A stretch of 64,000 nt of DNA from Naegleria gruberi (Eukaryota): NCBI GenBank assembly GCA_000004985.1, contig GG738879.1, one strand, 5' to 3'. Below the pieces are notes generated by a model. That model was given only the letters and a program-made list of their open reading frames with translations. It made no database searches and was not told the origin of the DNA. The translations under genes were made by a program, and so were the position numbers. Shown here one piece after another: positions 33,353-42,640 of this stretch (positions are counted from its first letter, which is position 1; each line of letters starts with the position of its first letter).

Positions 33353-33973
33353 GTCTTGATTTTTTTTTCTGTGTTCTCATACCTTAATTCACACATTCTT
33401 GCTTTTCAATCTGTTTTTATGACGACAGTTGAAAGGTTTTAGACAAACACAAACGAATCAGCAATTTGAATTATTGGTTGGTAGGATGTGCTCCTTAATT
33501 ACAACAAAAATCCTTATTATTATGGTATTCAAGTCTGTTTGTTCTTCACCTTGATACCCAATCATCAATACGGAAGGTCCATTGAGCTGATTTTGGAAAT
33601 GATGAAACGTATGACAGGCACACCTATACATGTTCATGTGAATACAGTGTTACCAATACTCTAGTAATTTGCTAAATAAAATTACACTACAGTAATATAT
33701 TCTCTATCTGGTTGAAAAATACAAATAAATTGTTGTATAAAGCTGTTGAGAAACATTTGCTGTTGTTATGATGAAGATCAAAATCCAAGGTTTTGCAGAA
33801 GAATGCAAAACATCATCCCGAAGCTGCTAAATTTGTCATTTTTTATTTAAAATCCACAACAGCAACCATTCTGCCATTTCTTAAGGCTCACTCAAGCAGA
33901 CCAATGCTCCCTTATCGACCACTACTATTATTCAACATCGATCCAAGTGTGATATATTAGCATTACATAATAT

Positions 33974-34804
33974 CAGGGGGGCGGAAAGTTGGTATCAGCC
34001 CAGCGAAAATGTTGAGATTCTTCAAAGTGATTCCAAGTTGATATATGTTTTTACAATCAATATAGAATGCTAAACTACAATCGCTTCATAACTTATCATA
34101 AAATACTTGAATTTTACTATTATTGATTTAAATATTAAATAAATAATCTATTTTAAGAGAAATTAAACAAACTAGTCCATTCTGGGACGAACATAATATA
34201 TAATAATATTGTATAGATTTTATTGCATTATTATATATGTTAATAGATTACTTGTCCTAAAATAATTTGTTTTTATGAAGCAGATGTTGTGAACAAGTAA
34301 ATTTCTTATTTAAATTTTGAGCCATAAAAATATTGACTGATTAGGAAGTTTCAAAAACAATAAATATGGTGAATTAAAAAAATAGCTATCCTCAAATCAT
34401 TTTAAATTGCATTTACTCCAATATTTGAAGATATGAAACATTTTAACCTTTCTTTCGTGGTAGCTGCGTAATTTTAAAAATCAGTGTTTTTCGCTTGGTT
34501 GTTACTTTACTATTTTGAGGTTGATAACCAACATTCGTTCTTGAGATATGAGCAAAAACAAAAAAATAGCTATTCTCAAATCGTTCTAAATCTTGTTTAC
34601 TGTTAAAAAAGACGATTTAATTTAAATAATTCTACCATTTCGTGGTAGCTGATTACAAAGTTTAATAGTGTATGAATTCATTGAGTTACTTTTCTTGCTG
34701 CAAAAAATGTCAAACTCAAAAATAAACTACAGATTACAAAATATTTGTTTATTGTGTTCATTTTTTCCTTTACTCAACATTTTTCTTCACTTTCCGCCCC
34801 CCTG
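33974..34804. mobile_element. Non-autonomous hAT-like DNA transposon (MITE), 831 bp. Perfect 16-bp TIRs CAGGGGGGCGGAAAGT at 33974..33989 and 34789..34804 (inverted), flanked by an 8-bp target-site duplication CATAATAT at 33966..33973 and 34805..34812.
   Basis: Read directly from sequence. The GC-rich 16-mer and its exact reverse complement bracket an AT-rich, ORF-free interior. Both are immediately abutted by identical direct CATAATAT octamers. An 8-bp TSD with a TIR beginning CAG is typical of the hAT superfamily. Confidence 0.6.
34375..34745. repeat. Internal tandem duplication of about 184 bp inside the MITE; two diverged units.
   Basis: AAAAAAATAGCTATCCTCAAATC… at 34375 recurs at 34559 (AAAAAAATAGCTATTCTCAAATC…). 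TTTCGTGGTAGCTG at 34453..34466 recurs at 34638..34651, with the same ~185-bp spacing. Confidence 0.5.
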
Positions 34805-34897
34805 CATAATATTTGAACACTCATCTTTTTTTCATAGTTGATCACTGCTGAAAGAACAAGCACTTCGATTTTCCACTCGAACTCTAGGAAGAAAAAA

Positions 34898-35665
34898 ATG
34901 CAACAAGAGCAAAAGGCGCCCACAACAGAGGAGAACAAGCAGAACATCAATGGTGATGAAATTCCAAAACTTTTCCATAGTGGTAAGGTGGTGAGAGGTC
35001 CTAGACACTTGAAACAAATCAAAAACCAGCAAACATTGGTGAGGGAGGAAAAGAAAAACCAATCATCACTTGAGAAGATACCAACAGAAATTACAAGTGA
35101 AGAGGATTATTGGAGTTTTAGAACAAATAAATTGCAACAGCAACGATCTGAAAGTTCTGCAAAGAAGACATGTTTGGATATTTATTCCAATGTAGTTCAC
35201 AAGTTGAAAGATGGTAGCGAAAAGGAGAATGAAATGCCATTAGCATTAGACAATAGTAATCGAGGGGTGAATACTCAATTATTCAGTGGATTAGTATTTT
35301 TCTTCAATAGCATACGAGGAAGTGGTCCAAATTCTCAATATAATCTAGTGAAATTGGCCTCTGTTCATGGAGCAACAGTACTGTAAGTTTTCTCATTCAA
35401 AATTTATTGAAACACTAACATTGAAAACAGACCAAATCCATCAAGAAAGAGAAAACTCACTCATGTCATTGCTTCCAACTTGCCAAACTCTAAAATTGAA
35501 AGAATGGAAAACAAGAAACACATTTCCAATCTTCATGTAAAATATGTCACTCCTTCATGGTTGACCGATTCAATTACACAAAATAAGGTACTTTCAGAGG
35601 CTTCCTATCTTCTCACCAAACCTAACTCTCCATCAACAACTAAATTCTTTACTATCAAAAAATAA
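34898..35665 (+). CDS. Small BRCT-domain protein, 239 aa. Two exons: join(34898..35382, 35431..35665).
   Basis: A 48-nt intron (GTAAGT..AACAG) joins …LFSGLVFFFNSIRGSGPNSQYNLVKLASVHGATV|L…KLTHVIASNLPNSKIERMENKKHISNLHVKYVTPSWLTDSI…, a typical BRCT fold signature. The N-terminal ~110 aa are charged and low-complexity. Confidence 0.65.
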
Positions 35666-35851
35666 TAATTATTGTTTTAATAATTGAAATTTTAAGGAAC
35701 TATCGAATTTGTGAAGTTAACATTATTGAACAATTTCATAATAAAATGATGGGTTTCCAATATTTCTTAATGAGACTATTTGGAAAGTGTGAAAGCCATT
35801 ACAATACTTCATCAAGAAATAATATTTAATAATTTATTTAAATTAAAAAAA

Positions 35852-38800
35852 ATGTCTAAAAAACAACCAAGCGAACTTTCTATTGATGATTTGCTTCGGG
35901 AAATTGATCAGACTGTTTATGAGCAACCAAAGGAAAATACTCGTGAGATTCCATTCCAAATCAGAGGAAGTGGTCTTGTAGGAGATGTTTCCTTGTACAA
36001 TGTTGGCTTTCAATTTGGCAATGATTACTTTAAACATGCCGAAAAACAAGGAAAGGAAGCCTTCTCATCAACTCACGTTCCATTCCCAAAACAATTGGAA
36101 CCATCCGAGTATATGAAACAAGCCTATTTGACACCTAAATTGGAAAATGCTCAAGAGGATTATCGTATCTTCCCTAGATTATTTAAACCAAACGAATTGT
36201 ATTCATTGGCTGTTTCCAAACCAAAATATGTTATTGAAACAGTTAAAGATCCATTCACTGGAAAAATTAAAGAATGCAAAGAGATTTATAGTCCACAAGC
36301 AAATGACACTTCAAAATCCTCAACATCATTATTGAGACAACCTGCTGCCAGTAAAGACTTTGTTAGAGGTAGCAGTCACAATGTTCCTTTCCATTTTGGA
36401 GGTATTGATAGAGATGAAGAAAGAGGAATTGAACAAGTTTTGGAAGGAGAAGCTGAAGCTAACAATGAACCTACTATTGTCAATGTCTTTGATAGACCAA
36501 TTGAAGAGGAATTGAAGTTATTATCTCAACAAGACAATGAAAAGGATTACTCTTCAGTCGTTGATGGTTTGGAAACAAGACCAAGTGGATTCAAACATGG
36601 TCTCTTCCATTCTGCCAACAAAAGTCAAGCTAATATTGACACTACTGATTTGAATGCTTTGGCTGTCGGTAAAAATCAACAAGGATTATTGGATGCCTAC
36701 AAGCAGGATATTTCTAATTACAATATTGATGGAAATGAAGAAGTTTTCTTGTCTGTCGAACAACAAAGAGAACTCAGAAGAAGAGAAGAATCTAGAAATA
36801 GAAAGGAACAATTACTCAATTTTACAGAAGTCTTTTCGTCAACACTATCTGATGATCCATTTGGAAATATTGAAGAAGATTACAGTGAAAATAACCAAAC
36901 TAATGGACAAGTTGCTACTTCTGGTAGCTCTCCAACTGTTCAAGCATCAGCTGAAGAAGAAAAACAAAAACAAGTTGCTGAAATTAGAAAAGTTAAAAAC
37001 AGATCTGAATATACTATTGATGATCTTTTGGATGCCGATGAAGATGTCTTGTATTCCTCATTTATCAAGAAGCAAGGTAAAAGACAAAAAGAAAATGAAT
37101 ATGCCATCATGTCTCGTGTTGATGTTTCTAACTTTAAGCAATTAGTCCCAGAAATGGCTATTCAATATCCTTTTGATTTGGATATTTTCCAAAAAGAAGC
37201 TGTTTACCACTTGGAAAATAATGAAAGCGTCTTTGTTTCTGCCCACACTAGTGCTGGTAAAACTGTTGTTGCCGAATATGCTATTGCTCTGGCACAAAAA
37301 CACTTGACAAGAGTTATCTATACCTCTCCAATCAAAACTCTATCTAACCAAAAGTTCCGTGAATTCAAAAAGACCTTTGGTGATGTTGGTATCTTAACAG
37401 GTGATGTTCAAATCAATCCAACTGCTACTTGCTTAATCATGACAACAGAAATTTTGCGTTCCATGTTATATAAGGGTGCTGACTTGATCAGAGATGTTGA
37501 ATGGGTCATTTTCGATGAAGTTCACTACGTCAACGATCCTGAAAGAGGTGTCGTTTGGGAAGAAGTTATTATTATGCTTCCAAAACATATTAACCTTATT
37601 TTACTCTCAGCTACAATTCCAAATACCTATGACTTTGCTGATTGGGTTGGTAGAACCAAGAAAAAGAAGATTCACGTCATTCAAACATTCAAGAGACCTG
37701 TTCCTCTTGAACATCATTTGTACTATAATGGAAATATTTACAAGATTGTCGATTCCAATTCTAAATTCCTTGCTGCAGGTTATAGATCTGCTCTTTCAGC
37801 TGAAGAAGAAAAGGAAGAAAAGAATAAGAGTAGAGGTGGATTCAAAAAGACACCATATTCCAAGCTGATTGAAACTCTCAATAAGAAGAATTTACTTCCT
37901 GCTGTTACTTTCGTTTTCAGTAGAAAACAATGTGAAGATATCGCCATTTCTCTTCAAAATACAGATCTCAATGAGGCTGGAGAAAAGAATGAGATTCACA
38001 GATTTATTAATCAATCAGTTTCCAGATTGAAGGGATCTGATAAGGAATTACCTCAAATTGTGAGAATTTCTGACTTGCTCAAGAGAGGTATTGGTATTCA
38101 CCACTCTGGTTTATTACCAATCGTTAAGGAAATTGTAGAAATTTTGTTTTCAAAAGGTCTTATCAAGGTACTCTTTGCTACAGAAACATTTGCTATGGGT
38201 GTTAACAGTCCAACAAAGACTGTAGTTTTCAACACATTATGGAAGTTTGATGGTAGAGACAAGAGAGATTTATTGTCTGGAGAATATATTCAAATGAGTG
38301 GTAGAGCTGGTAGAAGAGGTCTCGATACTGTTGGTAACGTTATTATCAATTGTGCTTCTGAAATTCCTGAAGAACCTCTTCTCCAAAGATTAATCCTTGG
38401 TAAAGCAACTCACCTTGAAAGTAAATTCAAGTTGAGTTACAACATGATTTTGAACTTGATGAGAGTTGAAGATTTCAAGATTCAAGACATGATTAAGAGA
38501 TCCTTCTCTGAGAGCAGAACTCAACAAATTGTACCAAACAAGGAACTTTTGCTTAAGAGTAAGGAAAAGTTGGCAGAAATTGAGAATATTGATTGTATTA
38601 ACGGAGAACCTGCTATCGAACCATTCTATGCTGTTGCAAGAGATTTAGAAGATTTGAACTACAAGATTACAATGGAAGTCATGACAAATTCAAAGGTTGG
38701 AACATTGTTAACATTTGGTAGAGTTGTTGTTGCTAGATACAAGCTTGGATATACTTTGGCCATTCTTGTTCGTCAAGATACTTCAACCACCAATAAGGAT

Positions 38801-39919
38801 GACAAATTCTACGTACTTTTGGCTGTCAAACTTAATCCATCATTTGAAAGAAGAAAACAAATCATTCCAATCCCAACTGTTTCTGGACTCCCAGAATTTT
38901 CTCCAATCTTGCTTCCTCAAACTGGAGAGCTTAGTACTTTGATTGCTTGTCCTTCCTATGATATTTTAACAATTTGTAATGAAAAACTCAACTTGACATC
39001 ATCCATGGAAGAATTTAGTTTCCATAAGGAAACATCAGAAATGAGAGCAGCTGCCAATCAACTTATCAACATTTGGAAAGAAAAACCACCAACACCAATG
39101 AATATCGTTAAGGAACTCAAATTATCATCCCTAGAATTTACTGAAGCACTGTCAAAGAGACAACAAATTATTCTCAAGCTTCAAGAAAACAAGTGTAACA
39201 TTTGTCCTAAATTGGAGGAACACTTTGATAAGATTGATAAGCAACACAAGATTAGACAAGGTCTCGATAAATTGAGATATGCCCTTTCAGATGAAAACTT
39301 GGAATTGATGCCAGAAGTTAGAAAGAGAATCAAGGTACTCAAATTGTTGAAATATGTAGATATTGATGAAACTGTACAATTGAAGGGTAGAGTTGCTTGC
39401 GAATTGAACTCTTGTGATGAAATGTTAGTTACTGAAATGATCTTTGAAAACTTCTTTACAACCATGACATGTGAAGAAGCTGTTGCCGTTCTCTCATGTT
39501 TGGTTTGTCAATCAAGAGGAGAATCAGAAGAACCAACCCTCACCAAGAGATTACAAGAATTGAAAGATAAGGTTTCAAACTTGGCTCTCAGTCTTGGTCA
39601 ACTTCAAATGGAAAATGGTTTAGACACAAGCCCAACTGATTACCTCTCCAAGACTCTTAACTTCTCAATGATGGAAGTTGCCTATGAATGGGCAATGGGA
39701 CAAGAATTCAAAGACATTTGTTCTCTCACAACCATTCCAGAAGGTACTGTTGTGAGAAGTATTTCACAATTGGATCAAGCACTTCGTGATGTAAGAAATG
39801 CTGCTCGTATTATTGGTGATACCAACCTTTACCAAAAGATGGAAGAATCCTCTAGAAAGATTCGTCGTGATATTATCTTTGCGGCATCATTATTCTTATT
39901 CCCGACTGATGAGAAATAA
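35852..39919 (+). CDS. Ski2-like DExH-box RNA helicase (exosome cofactor, SKI2/SKIV2L family), 1355 aa, single exon.
   Basis: Motifs: I (AHTSAGKTVVAEYAIALAQ), Ia, II (DEVHYVNDPERGVVWEEVI), III (LSATIPN), V and VI (QMSGRAGRRGLD). Ski2-type C-terminal helical bundle ending …RKIRRDIIFAASLFL, close to the family C-terminus. The ~440-aa N-terminal region fits Ski2 rather than Mtr4. ATG at 35852; the track M at 35780 is TTG. Confidence 0.9.
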   Translation: MSKKQPSELSIDDLLREIDQTVYEQPKENTREIPFQIRGSGLVGDVSLYNVGFQFGNDYFKHAEKQGKEAFSSTHVPFPKQLEPSEYMKQAYLTPKLENAQEDYRIFPRLFKPNELYSLAVSKPKYVIETVKDPFTGKIKECKEIYSPQANDTSKSSTSLLRQPAASKDFVRGSSHNVPFHFGGIDRDEERGIEQVLEGEAEANNEPTIVNVFDRPIEEELKLLSQQDNEKDYSSVVDGLETRPSGFKHGLFHSANKSQANIDTTDLNALAVGKNQQGLLDAYKQDISNYNIDGNEEVFLSVEQQRELRRREESRNRKEQLLNFTEVFSSTLSDDPFGNIEEDYSENNQTNGQVATSGSSPTVQASAEEEKQKQVAEIRKVKNRSEYTIDDLLDADEDVLYSSFIKKQGKRQKENEYAIMSRVDVSNFKQLVPEMAIQYPFDLDIFQKEAVYHLENNESVFVSAHTSAGKTVVAEYAIALAQKHLTRVIYTSPIKTLSNQKFREFKKTFGDVGILTGDVQINPTATCLIMTTEILRSMLYKGADLIRDVEWVIFDEVHYVNDPERGVVWEEVIIMLPKHINLILLSATIPNTYDFADWVGRTKKKKIHVIQTFKRPVPLEHHLYYNGNIYKIVDSNSKFLAAGYRSALSAEEEKEEKNKSRGGFKKTPYSKLIETLNKKNLLPAVTFVFSRKQCEDIAISLQNTDLNEAGEKNEIHRFINQSVSRLKGSDKELPQIVRISDLLKRGIGIHHSGLLPIVKEIVEILFSKGLIKVLFATETFAMGVNSPTKTVVFNTLWKFDGRDKRDLLSGEYIQMSGRAGRRGLDTVGNVIINCASEIPEEPLLQRLILGKATHLESKFKLSYNMILNLMRVEDFKIQDMIKRSFSESRTQQIVPNKELLLKSKEKLAEIENIDCINGEPAIEPFYAVARDLEDLNYKITMEVMTNSKVGTLLTFGRVVVARYKLGYTLAILVRQDTSTTNKDDKFYVLLAVKLNPSFERRKQIIPIPTVSGLPEFSPILLPQTGELSTLIACPSYDILTICNEKLNLTSSMEEFSFHKETSEMRAAANQLINIWKEKPPTPMNIVKELKLSSLEFTEALSKRQQIILKLQENKCNICPKLEEHFDKIDKQHKIRQGLDKLRYALSDENLELMPEVRKRIKVLKLLKYVDIDETVQLKGRVACELNSCDEMLVTEMIFENFFTTMTCEEAVAVLSCLVCQSRGESEEPTLTKRLQELKDKVSNLALSLGQLQMENGLDTSPTDYLSKTLNFSMMEVAYEWAMGQEFKDICSLTTIPEGTVVRSISQLDQALRDVRNAARIIGDTNLYQKMEESSRKIRRDIIFAASLFLFPTDEK

Positions 39920-40006
39920 ATTCCATCATCTTTAATAATAATTAATTATCTTTTGCTGTATCGTGCTGTTAATAGAAATAAATTAATAATTAATTATTTA
40001 TTTACA

Positions 40007-40510
40007 TTATTTATCCTTCTTATTCATATCCTCCCATTCCTTCAGCCATCCGACAACTCTATACTTCATTTCAAAGTGATTATACATTCCGTACAAGTTA
40101 TCCTTTTCAAAAGCACCAAGACTAGAAATATCCAATTGATCCAAAAGACTTGGCTTGAGTTCATTCTTGGCTAAAGCCACAGAGCTTTCATGTCCAGCAA
40201 ACATATCATATGTTTCATTTGGTCCATAGAAGCCACTACCAGTAACATCAAAAATCTTTCCAAGAACACTAACATAGATTTTCTTGTTAGGATTGGTAGA
40301 ACTTTCAACACCATTGTAGGTGTGTAATTCTTCAAGAGTAAATTCTCTCTCTTCAATCTTTTCTTCTTCTTCATCACTGTCAGAATCTGATGATGAACTG
40401 TAGGCATCTCCGGAAGCTGTCTTGCCCTTGCTCTGATTACTATACATATTATAAATAAAAACAGCTCCAACAATAAAAACTGCTATTATCAACACGGTTG
40501 TCAAATCCAT
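40007..40510 (-). CDS. Membrane-associated progesterone-receptor-component-like (MAPR) cytochrome b5-like heme/steroid-binding protein, 167 aa.
   Basis: N-terminal TM (LTTVLIIAVFIVGAVFIY). b5-like block FTLEELHTYNGVESSTNPNKKIYVSVLGKIFDVTGSGFYGPNETYDMFAGHESSVALAK aligns to PGRMC1 FTPAELRRFDG…[33 protein letters not shown]. Confidence 0.75.
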   Translation of the reverse strand: MDLTTVLIIAVFIVGAVFIYNMYSNQSKGKTASGDAYSSSSDSDSDEEEEKIEEREFTLEELHTYNGVESSTNPNKKIYVSVLGKIFDVTGSGFYGPNETYDMFAGHESSVALAKNELKPSLLDQLDISSLGAFEKDNLYGMYNHFEMKYRVVGWLKEWEDMNKKDK

Positions 40511-40967
40511 TTTCTTTTCTCTCTCTTATTTGAAAACAAAATCTTTGGCAATAGATTCACCTAGATACAATTTTTTTGTCCTATCAAGCCTATTTATAGG
40601 TCGTATTTAAAAATTGGAGTAGCATCATTTTCCAACATAATGTACGCATACGATTACAACAAAAATTGTGAATACCAGTTGTTAATACTGTAAATCAACA
40701 AGGAGAAAATGTCTCCAACGAGTAAAATTAATAATTATTAGTAGATGATGATGATGATGATTTAAAAAAATAATCGTCATCATGATAAAAACTTTTTGAT
40801 TCGATTTTATGGTCCTACAAAGTACTTACACACGGGAAAATTGGTTGGTGATTTGTTGAAAATGATTTGAGCATTATCAAAAGAAAAGAAGATTGGATTG
40901 TTTTCCACAAATCAAAACACGTATTGATGAACAACAAAACACGTATTGTGGTCAAGAATATAGAAAA

Positions 40968-41477
40968 ATGTTCAAACGCTACCTATGCCAATTGCTCTTC
41001 TTTTCAATTGCCTTTCTCATCCTATTCTTTCATGTTTATCATCAGCTTGGCTTTGATCTCTATCAACATGATGTTGTTTTGCAGAGAAGTAAATCATCGG
41101 AATTAGTTCAACGATGTGTTCTTGGTTGCATCAATCCAAAGACCCATCCAAACACCAAGCAAAGTACAATTAAAATTGGAGATGTATTGTTTCATCAGGG
41201 AGTTGTTGATACAGTTGGTTTTCCTCCAAATTTGCCAATTGTGGTGGTGGATTATCAGTTGAATAGAACAAATTTTGTGTTGGAATGGAAGACAGTGCAA
41301 AAATCAGATTGGTTGGATATGAGCGAACGATATTCCTATTCGAATGTGGATGGTCATTTGAGAATCAAGGTGTTTGAGAGTGGTTATTTGACTCTGTTGA
41401 CTAATTGGTTGACACCTTTTGATTCATTCCACTACTGGCGCTTGAATTCGTGTCTTGGATCAAACAAAGTTTTGTAA
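40968..41477 (+). CDS. Hypothetical small membrane protein, 169 aa from the first ATG.
   Basis: ORF open from 40893 (TTG); first ATG at 40968. N-terminal hydrophobic segment LLFFSIAFLILFFHV. Confidence 0.35.
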   Translation: MFKRYLCQLLFFSIAFLILFFHVYHQLGFDLYQHDVVLQRSKSSELVQRCVLGCINPKTHPNTKQSTIKIGDVLFHQGVVDTVGFPPNLPIVVVDYQLNRTNFVLEWKTVQKSDWLDMSERYSYSNVDGHLRIKVFESGYLTLLTNWLTPFDSFHYWRLNSCLGSNKVL

Positions 41478-41576
41478 TTGTCACATTTTAAACGTGAGGC
41501 CAATCAGAATTGTCCACTCATTCCACTAATAAAACCAAGCATGACAAACAAAACGTGAAACAATTCAAAAAAAAGT

Positions 41577-42632
41577 ATGTTGAGCACCAACACTGCGTCA
41601 TCGAGCACAGACAACCTTTTCCAATACATTAAAAAGTTGGTGCTTTCCAATAATTTGAAAGAGCTTCAACAAGTTGATCTTTCACAAATAAGCAACGATG
41701 AAATGAATGAATTGATTGAACTTGCTATTGAAAATGAATTTTGGGAGATTGTTTGCTTCTTGCGACAATATTTCTTCAATGATAATGAATTTGATAATCT
41801 AGACACCAATTATGAAACTGACAAACATAATCAAAAAGGTGTTAAGGATAAATATGTACAAGCCAAAGATACCAAGCATGGAAAGATTGTTGGAAAATAC
41901 TGCTTGACCAGTGGGAATAGTGAATACTTTATCAACTTGAAGGTTGCCCCCTCTCCATATACAATCCCAATCATTGATATTGATTGTAACGAATTGGGAG
42001 AAACTCAATTTGGAGTTAATATTGAGAAGTTAGATCAAAACAACCATGTGGAACAACTATCCTTCTCAAAATTTGATTTGGTTTTTCCCAAATCTGAACA
42101 TTCCCTCCAAACACTTTTAAATAACAAAGCTTTACCATGTAAAGCAGCGTTAAAGTGGATTTTACAACTAATCCAAGGAGTTCAATTCTTACACAAGCAA
42201 GGATTTGTTCACAGAAATATCAAACCATTCCATGTGCATGTTTATAAGGACCCAGTCACAGGAGATAAAAGTGTGAAATTGGGAGCAACTTGGGGAGCAT
42301 GTCCTATTGGTTATAAAGGAGAAGTTTATGGTTCAAGTGAAATACAAGCTCCAGAGATTAGCCAGCACGATGATGAAGAAGATTTCGAATACTGGCCAAG
42401 TTTAGATATTTATTTACTTGGTTGCACCCTTGCTGAATTAATGAATATTGTCATACTTACAGAACATGAATTGGAGCTTGTTAATGCTTTCATTAACAGA
42501 ATGAAACATGAAAATCCTATGGAGAGACCTGATATTGATGAATGCTATGAATTTTTCCATGATTTATTTCAATCCATGTTGTTCCCATTTTCAAACAAAT
42601 TTTCAGATTGTGTATTCAAATCATCTCAATAA
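41577..42632 (+). CDS. Protein-kinase-like protein predicted to be catalytically inactive (pseudokinase), 351 aa.
   Basis: C-lobe resembles kinases (LKWILQLIQGVQFLHKQGFVHRNIKPFHVHV…). The catalytic HRD Asp is Asn (HRN). No DFG motif (VKLGATWG). No Gly-rich loop or VAIK lysine recognisable. Confidence 0.55.
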   Translation: MLSTNTASSSTDNLFQYIKKLVLSNNLKELQQVDLSQISNDEMNELIELAIENEFWEIVCFLRQYFFNDNEFDNLDTNYETDKHNQKGVKDKYVQAKDTKHGKIVGKYCLTSGNSEYFINLKVAPSPYTIPIIDIDCNELGETQFGVNIEKLDQNNHVEQLSFSKFDLVFPKSEHSLQTLLNNKALPCKAALKWILQLIQGVQFLHKQGFVHRNIKPFHVHVYKDPVTGDKSVKLGATWGACPIGYKGEVYGSSEIQAPEISQHDDEEDFEYWPSLDIYLLGCTLAELMNIVILTEHELELVNAFINRMKHENPMERPDIDECYEFFHDLFQSMLFPFSNKFSDCVFKSSQ

Positions 42633-42640
42633 ATGTTCAT

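Noticed and set aside
36654-37868. Alternate-frame ORFs (163 and 124 aa) inside the Ski2 helicase gene.
   Set aside because: Embedded in a strongly supported 1355-aa CDS. No features of their own.
40893-42632. Whether the small membrane-protein ORF (to 41477) and the pseudokinase ORF (from 41577) form a single spliced gene.
   Set aside because: An in-frame stop at 41475 and no GT..AG pair giving a phase-compatible junction in the 100-bp gap. Kept as separate genes.
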